From positions 256,001 to 320,000 of the forward strand of contig JBFIHX010000002.1 in NCBI GenBank assembly GCA_041601615.1: a DNA stretch of 64,000 nt, written 5' to 3'. This DNA is from Thermoplasmatota archaeon (GTDB lineage Archaea; Thermoplasmatota; E2; JACPAO01; JAHFTW01). Shown one piece after another: positions 9,359 to 18,581 of this stretch (position 1 is its first letter; the number at the start of each line of letters is the position of its first letter). The position numbers and the translations under genes are program-made. The notes beneath the pieces were generated by a model. It was not told the DNA's origin and did no database searches. It saw only the letters and a program-made list of their open reading frames with translations.

Positions 9359-10792
9359 ATGCTGGACTTTGGCATCGTCAGCTTACCCGTCATCATCGGG
9401 CTCGCCGCCCTCTTTGGCCTCTATATGGCCTGGACCATCGGCGCCAACGATGTAGCCAACGCCATGGGCACCAGCGTCGGCAGCGGCGCCTTGTCCCTGA
9501 AACATGCCATCATCGTCGCAGGCATCATGGAACTGGCCGGCGCAATCCTCGCAGGAGGCAGCGTCACCCAAACCGTCCGCAAAGGCATCCTCGACGCCGA
9601 ATCCACCTTCGTGCGCCCCATCACCAACAGCACCGCAAACCCCGGCATCATGGGCAACGGCACCGCCAACATGACCGCCGACCCCTCGATGCTGGCCGGC
9701 AGCGGCGGATTCGAATTCGCCCCCGAACTCTACATCTACGGCATGCTCGCGGCACTCCTCGGTACCGCCATCTGGCTCACCATAGCCACCTGGTGGGGCA
9801 TGCCCGTCAGCACCACCCACAGCATCGTCGGTGGCGTCATTGGCGCCGGCCTCTTTGCCTCCGCCAGCACCTTCGGCATCTCCCACGCCGGCGACGGAGT
9901 AGCCTGGGCCAAAGTCATCGAAATCGTACAATCCTGGCTCTTTGCGCCCCTGCTTGGCGCCGCCATCGCCTTCGCCATCTTCTGGCTCATCAAAGCCACC
10001 GTCTTCAACAGCAAAGACCCCCTCGCCGCCGTCACGCGCTGGCGCCCGCTCTTCATCTTCCTCGACGTGCTCATCATCGCCATGGCGACCCTGCTGAAGG
10101 GCCTCAAAAACGTCGACTGGTACAAGGACCTCGCATTCACAGAAGACCAGAAGTGGATCTACAGCTTCCTCATCGCCGGCGTCATCACGGCCATCGCCGA
10201 AATCATCATTCGCTACCGCAACCGAGGCCGCCCACACCCCACCGCCGGCAAAGTCGGCAGCGACCGCCACACCTACAAGGAAGTCGAACGCCGCTTCATC
10301 GCCCTCCAAATCGTCACCGCCGCCAGTGTCGCCTTCGCCCACGGCGCCAACGACGTCGCCAACGCCATCGGCCCCCTCGCCGGCATCGTCAGTGTTGCCC
10401 GCGAAGGCGCCTTCGTCGAGAAAGCCACCCTCGAATGGTGGATCCTTCCCCTCGGCGGCATCGGCATCGTCGTCGGCCTCTCCACCTGGGGCTACAAGGT
10501 CATGCAAACCATCGGCCAGAAAATCAGCGAAATCACCCCCAGCCGCGGATTCGCCGCCGAACTCGCAGCCGCCGCCACCATCATCCTCGCCACCATCCGA
10601 GAAATCCCCGTCTCCACCAGCCAAATTCTCGTCGGTAGTGTGCTTGGTGTCGGCCTCGCGCGCGGTGTCGCCGCCATCGACCTTCGCGTCATGCGCGACA
10701 TCGTCTTCAGCTGGCTTTTGACCCTCCCCGCCGCCGCCTTGCTGTCCGGATTCATCTACCTAGGGTTCAAGACGTTCCTCGGAGGTGCCTGA
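9359..10792 (+). CDS. pit: Inorganic phosphate transporter (PiT family)
   Basis: Two GANDVANA signatures, PVSTTHSIVG and PVSTSQ motifs. Confidence 0.95.
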   Translation: MLDFGIVSLPVIIGLAALFGLYMAWTIGANDVANAMGTSVGSGALSLKHAIIVAGIMELAGAILAGGSVTQTVRKGILDAESTFVRPITNSTANPGIMGNGTANMTADPSMLAGSGGFEFAPELYIYGMLAALLGTAIWLTIATWWGMPVSTTHSIVGGVIGAGLFASASTFGISHAGDGVAWAKVIEIVQSWLFAPLLGAAIAFAIFWLIKATVFNSKDPLAAVTRWRPLFIFLDVLIIAMATLLKGLKNVDWYKDLAFTEDQKWIYSFLIAGVITAIAEIIIRYRNRGRPHPTAGKVGSDRHTYKEVERRFIALQIVTAASVAFAHGANDVANAIGPLAGIVSVAREGAFVEKATLEWWILPLGGIGIVVGLSTWGYKVMQTIGQKISEITPSRGFAAELAAAATIILATIREIPVSTSQILVGSVLGVGLARGVAAIDLRVMRDIVFSWLLTLPAAALLSGFIYLGFKTFLGGA

Positions 10793-10794
10793 TC

Positions 10795-11490
10795 ATGACG
10801 AAGCACTTCCGGGCCCCCATCTTCGACACCCTACGAAAAAAGAGTCCCTTTCTCGGCCTCAGCGAACACGCCGCCCAAGTCAAAGTCTGCCTGACGGCCC
10901 TGGAAGCCTGCACAGAAGCATTCCTGGAAGGCGATGAAGAAACGGTTGCAAAGCTTGCCAAAGAAGTCAGCGCCCACGAATTGGCCGCCGACGAAATCAA
11001 GAGCAACATCCGCAACCACTTGCCCAACAACGTCCGCATGCCCGTGGACAAGGTCCTGTTTTTGCAAGCCCTCAGTGACCAAGATGGCATCCTCGATGGC
11101 GCCGAAGACGCAGCCATATGGATGAGCATGCGCACCCACAAAGTGCCCCAAGAAGTCGCCGAAGGCCTGCGCGCATTGCTTGCCAAAGTCATCGAGACCG
11201 TCCACGCCTACGAAGACGCCGTCACCAACCTCGACGACCTCGTCGAAACCGGCTTCATCAAGCGCGAACGCGAAGAAGAAAAGGAACTCATCCACCGCAT
11301 CCACGAGCTCGAACACGACACCGACGTGCTCTCCCGCAGCCTCTCTGCGCACTTGCTAAAACCCAAGGCCGAGAAAGACCTCGGCCCCGTCGCCGTCTAC
11401 CACTTGCTCAAGCTCACACTGCAAATCTCGAAGATTGCAGACAAGGCGGAAAACGCTGGGGACCGGCTAAGGGCGATGTTGAGCCGCTAA
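10795..11490 (+). CDS. DUF47 / PhoU-like Pit accessory protein
   Basis: E..ADEIK, QDGILD.AED, EHDTD, IADKAENAGDRL pattern; follows pit. Confidence 0.88.
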   Translation: MTKHFRAPIFDTLRKKSPFLGLSEHAAQVKVCLTALEACTEAFLEGDEETVAKLAKEVSAHELAADEIKSNIRNHLPNNVRMPVDKVLFLQALSDQDGILDGAEDAAIWMSMRTHKVPQEVAEGLRALLAKVIETVHAYEDAVTNLDDLVETGFIKREREEEKELIHRIHELEHDTDVLSRSLSAHLLKPKAEKDLGPVAVYHLLKLTLQISKIADKAENAGDRLRAMLSR

Positions 11491-11640
11491 GGCGGAGCAA
11501 AACGAGGTCTTCGCAGCTTTTGCCGCGGTGCCGTGTGGGGTGTCGTGCGTTGCGTCGGTAGGCAAACTCAGCCAGTGGCAGCGCCATCTTGCTCTCCACA
11601 GATGCCGGAGTCGCCCGTGGGAACTTTCGCCTTAGAGGAT

Positions 11641-11985
11641 TCAGGAGAGAATCACGGGCCGATTGGTCGCGCTCAAGTGTTTCGTCTTCCCAAAGGGCCG
11701 AGCTTGCACGAGGCCCACATCAATCAGCGGCTTCAGGTCCCGCCCGACTCGGGTCGGGTCGCGCTTGAGGCAAGCTGCAAGTGCCGCGATGCTTTCGTAT
11801 TCCCCGTGGGCGCGTAACTCATCCAAGAGCTGGCGGCGGGCTTCCGTAAAGAGCTGGCCCGCAAGATCCGAGGTCATCGGGATTGCGATGAAGTCGTCCG
11901 GGAACTGGTCGAACTCCTCGACGACGTGTTCGGAGAAGCTGAAGGCGGCGTCGATGAGGTCTTCGTGGGTTTTGTTCGGATCCAT
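11641..11985 (-). CDS. HVO_A0114-like HTH protein, putative antitoxin
   Basis: T.ARRQLLDEL...YESIAALA..LKRD...V..DL..L...GLV wHTH. Confidence 0.7.
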   Translation of the reverse strand: MDPNKTHEDLIDAAFSFSEHVVEEFDQFPDDFIAIPMTSDLAGQLFTEARRQLLDELRAHGEYESIAALAACLKRDPTRVGRDLKPLIDVGLVQARPFGKTKHLSATNRPVILS

Positions 11986-11989
11986 GGAT

Positions 11990-12310
11990 TCACTTCATCC
12001 GGTTGCGGTAGGTCTTCCAGTTCTTTTTCAGGTCGGATGCGGCGAGGGCAAACGCTTCTCGGTAGGACGGGAAGGGGGCAGTTGGGTCTTCTAGGTCCTG
12101 GGTCTGTTGGCGAAGCGGTTTCCAGAACCGATGAACGTGCAGAAATCCGTGGCAGGTGTCATACCGGCAGATTTCGACGGGCATGCCGTCGATTTCAGCG
12201 CAGTAGTTGATGCTAAAGAACTCCACTTCGCTGCCATTCTTGCGGACCTCCCAGTCAATGAATGTGTGAAGCCCTTCTAGGAGCGTGCGCCACTTCTTGA
12301 CTTGGGGCAT
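11990..12310 (-). CDS. DUF6516/TumE-like putative toxin
   Basis: ICRYDTCHGFLHVH (RYDxxH..H.H) motif upstream of HTH gene. Confidence 0.6.
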   Translation of the reverse strand: MPQVKKWRTLLEGLHTFIDWEVRKNGSEVEFFSINYCAEIDGMPVEICRYDTCHGFLHVHRFWKPLRQQTQDLEDPTAPFPSYREAFALAASDLKKNWKTYRNRMK

Positions 12311-12322
12311 TCAATACATATG

Positions 12323-12346
12323 ATGTCATATGACATAAAGTGTCAT
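12323..12346. promoter_or_regulatory. Palindromic operator upstream of putative TA pair
   Basis: Perfect ATGTCATATGACAT (12323-12336) overlapping ATGACA-taaag-TGTCAT (12330-12346). Confidence 0.6.
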
Positions 12347-12537
12347 GTGTGGGGGTGGGTGAAAGTGCTTGGTAACCCGCTTGGCAGCAAGCACGCTTTC
12401 CAGTAGAATCTGAAGCGAGCACCCCATTTGATTGCTGGCGGAATCCGTGAGAGGTTTTTTGGCAAATGTACAGGGACCCCCGCAGCCAAATTTGGGGCAT
12501 GCAAAGTAAGGAATTCACGCTTCAATAAGACGATTGT

Positions 12538-13038
12538 CTACTTCTTCAACGCCTTCAACACCTTCCCACCCGGCAACGCCCGGTACACAGCCCGCTTGAT
12601 GTAGTGCCGCCCGATCATCAATCCGATGCCCACCAACACCGCCGTGGCCGCGTGGTGGTTCTTGGTGCGTCCCCCCGGCATTACCTTGCCCGGCTTGGTG
12701 CCCGTGATGGGCTCGAAGGTGTTGTTGATGTGGCGCGTCGGTAGGCCGTGCTTGGCGAGAATGTCGCCGATTTCTTCGTGCGCGCCGCGTCGGTGGCTCC
12801 ACAAATGCTGCACGAATTTGTTGGAAAGTTCCACTTCCGACTCTAGGCGGCCGTCGCGGAAGGCACGCACGTGAATCTGCATATCGTCCGGTTCTTGCCG
12901 GATAACACCCCAGACCATGCCCGGTTTGCGCGCCTGCTTCAAGTCGCGCTTGAATCCCTCGGCCAAGAAGACGGCCTTGGCGCTCAACAGCCACACGCGT
13001 ACGTCGTGCGGGATGTCCTTGCCGTTGCTGTCCTCCAT
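12538..13038 (-). CDS. Hypothetical protein with C-terminal TM helix
   Basis: C-terminal part of ORF 12538..13527 from MEDSNG; QIHVRAF.DG.LESEVE region looks protein-like. Confidence 0.65.
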   Translation of the reverse strand: MEDSNGKDIPHDVRVWLLSAKAVFLAEGFKRDLKQARKPGMVWGVIRQEPDDMQIHVRAFRDGRLESEVELSNKFVQHLWSHRRGAHEEIGDILAKHGLPTRHINNTFEPITGTKPGKVMPGGRTKNHHAATAVLVGIGLMIGRHYIKRAVYRALPGGKVLKALKK

Positions 13039-13088
13039 AGAACCAAATGGGGCCCGGTGAGGTTTGAGCCTTTGGGCCAAATGGGTGA

Positions 13089-13847
13089 CTACTGGGCGAG
13101 GTAGCCGCCGTCTACGACCAGCGTTGAACCGTTGACGAATGCGGCGCCGTCGCTGACAAGCCAGAGGATCGCTTCCGCGACTTCGTTGGACTGGCCGAGC
13201 CGGCCGATGGGGTGTTTCGTGACCAGCATGTCGTGGATAGGTTCGCCCGCCTTGATGCCTGCGCTTTCTAAGAGCGGAGTTTCGATGAAACCGGGCGCGA
13301 CGGCGTTGACGCGAATGCCCTTCGCTGCGTACTCCAGGGCGGCGTTTTGGGTCAATCCGATCACGCCGTGCTTGGCGGCGACATAGGCACTGGATTGGGC
13401 AAATCCCCCGAAACCAAGTATGCTGGCTACGTTCACGATGGCCCCGCCGCGTTTGCCCATGGCGGCAATTTCGTGTTTCATTCCAAGAAATACGCCCGTC
13501 AAATTGACGCCAATGACTGTGTTCCATGCGTCGGTCGGGTACTCTCCAATGGGCGCCGCTGCGCCACCGATTCCCGCATTGTTGACCGCGATGTCCAGGC
13601 GCCCAAATTGCTTGACGGTCGTTGCCACCATTTGCTTCATGTCTACTTCCTTGGAAACGTCAGCTCGAATTCCGATTGCTTGTGCGCCAGACTCCTTCAA
13701 ACTCGCGACTGCGGCATCAATTGCCTCTTGGTTCAAGTCCACAACAGCTACCGAAGCCCCGTGCTCCGAGAGCAGTTTTGCGGTGGCGAGTCCGATTCCA
13801 CTGGCAGCTCCGGTGACCAATGCGCCCCGGCCTTTGAGGTCCGTCAT
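13089..13847 (-). CDS. SDR-family NAD(P)-dependent oxidoreductase
   Basis: TGAASGIG, NNAG, YVAAK (YxxxK), VNAVAPG. Confidence 0.95.
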   Translation of the reverse strand: MTDLKGRGALVTGAASGIGLATAKLLSEHGASVAVVDLNQEAIDAAVASLKESGAQAIGIRADVSKEVDMKQMVATTVKQFGRLDIAVNNAGIGGAAAPIGEYPTDAWNTVIGVNLTGVFLGMKHEIAAMGKRGGAIVNVASILGFGGFAQSSAYVAAKHGVIGLTQNAALEYAAKGIRVNAVAPGFIETPLLESAGIKAGEPIHDMLVTKHPIGRLGQSNEVAEAILWLVSDGAAFVNGSTLVVDGGYLAQ

Positions 13848-14040
13848 GGTAGCCGCTTGGAGTTCCTTCATGATACAGTTGAGGGTGACGAAGGGCGGGA
13901 GGGCGCGTGCGGCATGGGGGACGGGGCATGCACCAGGGCCGTCGTTGTGTTGTAGTGTTCGCGATGCACCGTGCGGTTTTGGTCTTCCTTGCACTCCGTT
14001 TTCGAATCGAGGATTTTGTTGGCCGTGCGCGGTTTTCCAA

Positions 14041-14247
14041 TCAGGGTGATGGCTTTTGACGCCTTGATTGCAGGCACACCAAGGTTCCTGCGACACCTCC
14101 GGCCATCAGGAGCACCATCCAGAAGATCCCTGGCCCGGTGTGCACTCCGCCCATGAATGTGCCTCCCATGGTCAGGCTCATCAGCAGTACCATGAAGGCG
14201 AAAGCGGCCGTAATCCACGCGATGATGGGCGCTGTGGAGTCGCTCAT
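14041..14247 (-). CDS. Small two-TM Met/Gly-rich membrane protein
   Basis: Hydrophobic ORF; ATGA overlap with upstream His-rich gene. Confidence 0.6.
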   Translation of the reverse strand: MSDSTAPIIAWITAAFAFMVLLMSLTMGGTFMGGVHTGPGIFWMVLLMAGGVAGTLVCLQSRRQKPSP

Positions 14248-14516
14248 GCCGTTCCTCTGTGTGCTTCGTGCATGTGTTGGCCTCCGGGGCAACTGGCGTG
14301 GTTGACTTGGTGTTGTTCGTGCATGTGCTCGATGTGGTGCGGGCCTTCGTTGGGGTCCTCATGGGAAGTGCAGTGGTAGCCGCCGTAGTCCAGCATGTGC
14401 TGGTGGCCAAGTCCCATGCCTTCTGCGACTTGGCCATGTGTCGATTCGTTGGCGATGGCCCCGGCGCCTGCCACGAGGATGGCTGCGAACGCCGAGAGGA
14501 GGGCGATGGAAGCCAT
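14244..14516 (-). CDS. Small secreted His-rich protein
   Basis: Signal peptide MASIALLSAFAAILVAGAGA followed by many His residues and two Cys. Confidence 0.7.
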   Translation of the reverse strand: MASIALLSAFAAILVAGAGAIANESTHGQVAEGMGLGHQHMLDYGGYHCTSHEDPNEGPHHIEHMHEQHQVNHASCPGGQHMHEAHRGTA

Positions 14517-14518
14517 GA

Positions 14519-15049
14519 TCACTCCATCCAGGAGAAGCGTTGGACGATCTTGGTGCGACTCCAGACGGCTCCGAGTCCGAAGATGTGGCCGGCGCGGGCC
14601 ATGGCGAGGGCCAGGAGCGCGAAGATGTAGACGATGTGGTCGTCCATGAAGGGGTTGTTGTCCTTTGGAAGGACCGCGAGCCACATCAAGAACATCATCA
14701 GGCTACCTGAGTAGGCTGCCAACCGGACGCCGACGCCGAGGGCAAGGGCGAGGCCGATGAACAAGAGGCCCACCATGAAGACCCACTCGATGAGCACGCT
14801 GTCGGCCATTGCATTGAATGCGCCGGCGAAGGGGCCGCTGGAGCCAAAGTTCAGAAAGCCGTAGGTGGGGCTGCCACCACGAATCCATGCGTTCTCCTTG
14901 GCGGTGGCGTATCCTAGTCCGAAGGTTTTGTCAAAAAAGGCCCACAAGAAAACCCATGCGAGGCTCAGTCGAAGTCCGACCCAGACGACTTTGGTCCAGG
15001 TGGACGATTGGTGTGATTCGGCGTGTGGCCGCGCGTGTTTGGTGATCAT
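14519..15049 (-). CDS. DoxX/DoxD-like membrane protein
   Basis: LRLSLAWVFLWAFFDKTFGLG...GGSPT.GFL...NPFMDDH motif. Confidence 0.85.
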   Translation of the reverse strand: MITKHARPHAESHQSSTWTKVVWVGLRLSLAWVFLWAFFDKTFGLGYATAKENAWIRGGSPTYGFLNFGSSGPFAGAFNAMADSVLIEWVFMVGLLFIGLALALGVGVRLAAYSGSLMMFLMWLAVLPKDNNPFMDDHIVYIFALLALAMARAGHIFGLGAVWSRTKIVQRFSWME

Positions 15050-15196
15050 ACGAGAGGCGGCGCCAGCGTGGGCCGCGCCCCCGCCGGTTCGGTGGGTTGC
15101 AGATGGGTTGGGACGCGCAGCGGCTTCGTGTCGTGCCATGAACATGAATATGTGACCCAGAGGATAATCTCGGGGCTCGTTTCTCAAGCTTGATTC

Positions 15197-15997
15197 TTAC
15201 GCGTGAAAATGAGGCGTTCCTCGCGGTGGGTTTCTGGCGGGTGCGCTCTTTTCCCGCGTGGACAGGGTCCAGAGGAAGGCTGCAAGGGCGTATGCGCACC
15301 ATGCAAGGAGGAGCGCCCCGAGGTTGCCAATGGCGACCACCCGAGCAAGCGTGAACGCCAGAATGAACGCTGTCACTCCGACGGTCCCCGCGATTCCGCC
15401 ACGAAGAACCGCAAGCGCGCGCTCTTGGCCGGCGTGCCATTGTGCTCCAAGGACCGAGGCCACGAACAGGAGCGGCATCACGGCCACGAAGGGCGTAAAC
15501 GCGGGCGTCCAGCGCTGAACGATGGCCACCAGTGCGACGGATCCAGCCCCTAGAAGGAAGCGCGCTAGGACGGGTAGGCTGCGCCGGGTCGATGGAGTAG
15601 CGGCCATTTGCCTGCGGCGTGTTCCTTGGGCAATCAATGCCGCAGCAAAAGTCATGGGTACGAGGATGGAGACCGGAATGCCCGCGTCGAATAGGAGTGC
15701 GAGGGGTGCGATGATCGACAACGAGAGCCACACAGCGCCTCGGGTGCCTCGGCGGTGCAGCCATGTGGAAACGAGGATGGCGAGTGCGGTCGCGGCAACG
15801 ATCGGCATGCCATGCAGGAGCACTCGGCTTGGTGCCATGGCTCCGAGCACGAGGATTGCGGCAGTGGGAGTCACGGGAGCAGCCGCGAGGATTCCTGCCA
15901 GTGGCCGATCGGACTTGGCCGCGACGGCGGTGGTGGCGACGACAGCGAGCCCCGCAACGGTTCCATACAACAGCAGAGCAAGCCCGTTCATGGCCAA
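15197..15997 (-). CDS. Multi-pass membrane protein (duplicated DUF3147-like halves)
   Basis: About 8 hydrophobic segments, AGILAAAP-type motif. Confidence 0.55.
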   Translation of the reverse strand: MAMNGLALLLYGTVAGLAVVATTAVAAKSDRPLAGILAAAPVTPTAAILVLGAMAPSRVLLHGMPIVAATALAILVSTWLHRRGTRGAVWLSLSIIAPLALLFDAGIPVSILVPMTFAAALIAQGTRRRQMAATPSTRRSLPVLARFLLGAGSVALVAIVQRWTPAFTPFVAVMPLLFVASVLGAQWHAGQERALAVLRGGIAGTVGVTAFILAFTLARVVAIGNLGALLLAWCAYALAAFLWTLSTREKSAPARNPPRGTPHFHA

Positions 15998-16097
15998 CGC
16001 TCCAGGCGCAAGCGCGGGCGGCCCGTTGCATGCACGCAGGAGTTACGGACACCAGCGTTGCCAAGGCGCACTTGCGCAATTCGTGGTCCTTGCATGC

Positions 16098-16298
16098 TCA
16101 AGAATCCTTGAGATAATGCGCTGCGTGTTCCTCGGCCTTCTGGTAGCGGGCAAGGTACATGCCTGCGAGCACGACCAGCACTGCCAAGAGAGCTTCGCCA
16201 AACAAGAGGACTACCAGGGGTGCTCCCACGAGGACCGCCATGGTCCAAGCCAAGAGGCCGCCCATGAGTGCCGCAGCCACGGAAGCCAGTTGTTTCAT
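16098..16298 (-). CDS. Small two-TM membrane protein coupled to nirK
   Basis: ATGA overlap with nirK stop; hydrophobic. Confidence 0.6.
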   Translation of the reverse strand: MKQLASVAAALMGGLLAWTMAVLVGAPLVVLLFGEALLAVLVVLAGMYLARYQKAEEHAAHYLKDS

Positions 16299-17668
16299 GC
16301 GCCCTCCCGGTACACGTCAGAATCGGCTTCGCCCGTGACGGTCAGGACCCCAAAGGCACCTTTGTGGACGCGGAAGATGCTGTGGTCCACGAGATAGTAA
16401 TCGCCTGGGTACTCGACGAGGAACTCCACCATGGCGGCGCCGCCGGCGGGAACGAGGGTCGTCTGGACGTTTCGTTGCGGCTCGGTTTCGAGACTGGCTT
16501 GGTCGTAGCTTCGGTCGAAGATTTCGCCAATCACATGGAAGCTGCCAACGAGGTTCGGGCCACCGTTGCCAACAAACAAGCGCACGGTGTCGCCGACTTC
16601 CGCCTGCAAAGCCCGCTCACCGGTCAGTGAGTCCATGCGGCCGTTGAAGACCACGAAGGTCGGGTCCTCGGACGCGGCGCGGTCGCCATCGTACTCATGG
16701 TGGCCCGGCTCGGAGGCTTTGTGCGGACTGTAGAATTCGCTTTGGAAGACGTAGTATTCCTTGTCTACGGGTGCCAGGCCACCCTCTGGTTCCACGAGGA
16801 TCAATCCGTACATGCCGTGGGCGATGTGCAGGGGCGGGTCCTGGTAGGCGCAGTGATAGACGTACAGGCCGGCGTTGAGGGCACGGAACGTAATGGTCGC
16901 AGTCTCTCCGGGTGCAGCGATGGTTCCGGCAGCCCCTCCTCCGGGTCCGTTGACGGCATGAAAGTCGATGTTGTGGGTCATGATGCTGGAGGCATCGTTG
17001 TGGTGGTTGATGGTGACGACATCGCCCTCGCGTACGCGCAGCATGGGGCCGGGGACGGTGCCGTCGAAGGTCCAGTATCGGTACGTGGTGCCGTCGGCCA
17101 TTTCACCAATTACTTCGAGGCTTGTCAAGTTGAACGTGGCCTCGGGGGGCCCCCGTTGTCCGATCGGGGCCGGGACATCGAAAGCACTGCGTCCAATTTC
17201 TTGGACCTCCAACGCTTTGGCGGGGCCGGGGCCGGCTGCGTCGGTGGACGGATTGGTGTTCGATGCGCCCGCTTTGACAATGACGGTCGCGACCATGCCG
17301 GTCCAAGCTCCGGTCTCCTTGTCCTGGGCGGCGTGGGGGATGCAGTAGTACTGATAGGTGCCCGGCTTCGTGAATGTGAAGGACCAACTGATACCTTCAC
17401 CGAGCCATTGTGCCGGATCGTCGCCGCTGCCCGAGGTTCCCCACGCGGCCTTGTCCGTAGGGGTGATTGTGTGTGCGAAGGGGTCCTTGTTGATCCACGT
17501 GACCGTCGTTCCCACGCCAACGGTGATGGTCCCGGGAGCATATTCGAGGTTCTTCATCTGCACAAGGACCGAATCCGCACCAGACTCGGGACTTGTCTGG
17601 ATGCACCCTGCAAGCATCGAGGCGGTCAGAACGAACCCTAGGGTCCAAAGCCATGTTTTTCTTGGCAT
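16295..17668 (-). CDS. nirK: Copper-containing nitrite reductase with N-terminal cupredoxin domain, lipoprotein
   Basis: LAGC lipobox; cupredoxin HTIT..YYCIPH..GM; NirK motifs HNIDFHA, YHCA..HIAHGMYG, SFHVIG, VDHS. Confidence 0.92.
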   Translation of the reverse strand: MPRKTWLWTLGFVLTASMLAGCIQTSPESGADSVLVQMKNLEYAPGTITVGVGTTVTWINKDPFAHTITPTDKAAWGTSGSGDDPAQWLGEGISWSFTFTKPGTYQYYCIPHAAQDKETGAWTGMVATVIVKAGASNTNPSTDAAGPGPAKALEVQEIGRSAFDVPAPIGQRGPPEATFNLTSLEVIGEMADGTTYRYWTFDGTVPGPMLRVREGDVVTINHHNDASSIMTHNIDFHAVNGPGGGAAGTIAAPGETATITFRALNAGLYVYHCAYQDPPLHIAHGMYGLILVEPEGGLAPVDKEYYVFQSEFYSPHKASEPGHHEYDGDRAASEDPTFVVFNGRMDSLTGERALQAEVGDTVRLFVGNGGPNLVGSFHVIGEIFDRSYDQASLETEPQRNVQTTLVPAGGAAMVEFLVEYPGDYYLVDHSIFRVHKGAFGVLTVTGEADSDVYREGA

Positions 17669-17711
17669 GCTGACCCCATGGCGTGCTTCTCCGCTTATAG
17701 CAAAGGTCTAT

Positions 17712-17740
17712 TTCTCGGCATAGATTATCAGGGTTGAGAA
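17712..17740. promoter_or_regulatory. Inverted-repeat operator between divergent nirK and wHTH regulator
   Basis: TTCTC-N6-GAT-T-ATC-N6-GAGAA; half-sites recur at 15181-15194 and 18513-18539. Confidence 0.6.
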
Positions 17741-17748
17741 CCAGCCTC

Positions 17749-18105
17749 ATGCACCAAGTCGGACCTTTGCATGAAGCCGCCGTGGAAAAAGCGCTGGCGC
17801 TTGCCGCCACCAGGCGCATCCTCTCGCAATGCATCCGCGAACCTCGGGCCGTCAAGGAAATCAGCGAACGGACCGGACTTCCTCTGGCTTCTGTGTACCG
17901 GCACGTCGGACACCTCGTGGACTCCCGCGTCCTAGTGGTCGAACGCAGCGCCATGACGCCGGACGGCAAGCCGTTCGATCTGTATCGCTCCCGGATTCGA
18001 CGGGCCAGCATCGAGCTTGGGCCTGAGAAGGTGGATGTGTCATGGGATGCCAATGTGGCGCTTGAAGACAAACTCATCCACATGTGGAGTCATTTTGGAG
18101 ACTGA
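17749..18105 (+). CDS. Winged-helix transcriptional regulator (ArsR-like, archaeal type)
   Basis: AVKEISERTGLPLASVYRHV..L...L.VER....PDGK...LYRS. Confidence 0.85.
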   Translation: MHQVGPLHEAAVEKALALAATRRILSQCIREPRAVKEISERTGLPLASVYRHVGHLVDSRVLVVERSAMTPDGKPFDLYRSRIRRASIELGPEKVDVSWDANVALEDKLIHMWSHFGD

Positions 18106-18108
18106 CCC

Positions 18109-18393
18109 ATGCAACACTACATCATCACGCTCAGCATCATCAAGGCCATCACGGTTGTATTCGGGTTGGTATTTCTGTTCTTCACATGGAAGGCATATCG
18201 CAAAGCCCGGACCCGAGCCCTGTTGATTTTGTTCATCGCCATCGGATTGATGGTGGCGGCCGCCGTAGCCGAGGGAGCTTCCTTGCAGATCCTTGGGTTG
18301 AGCCTTGATCAAGCGCATGTGGTCGAAGCGTTCGTCACCTTGGCAGCCTTCGCAGTACTGTTGTATTCGGTGCTGTCGCATCGATTGCCCTGA
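18109..18393 (+). CDS. Small three-TM membrane partner of the wHTH regulator
   Basis: AYRK.R.RAL..L..AIG hydrophobic pattern; 3 bp after regulator stop. Confidence 0.7.
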   Translation: MQHYIITLSIIKAITVVFGLVFLFFTWKAYRKARTRALLILFIAIGLMVAAAVAEGASLQILGLSLDQAHVVEAFVTLAAFAVLLYSVLSHRLP

Positions 18394-18581
18394 GTGTCTG
18401 CATCCGAGCAATGGGGCCTGGCCATCCGTATTGCATGGGGCCAGGCTGCCTAGAAGATCGAGGTCAAGGGCGCTTGCTGGGATTTGGGTATCGATGGGTG
18501 TCGGTGCTGAATATCAGGTCTAAGAATTAGGCTTGAGAATCGTTGTCGGTTTCTATTCAGGATCGCCGATTGCGTGGTTTG

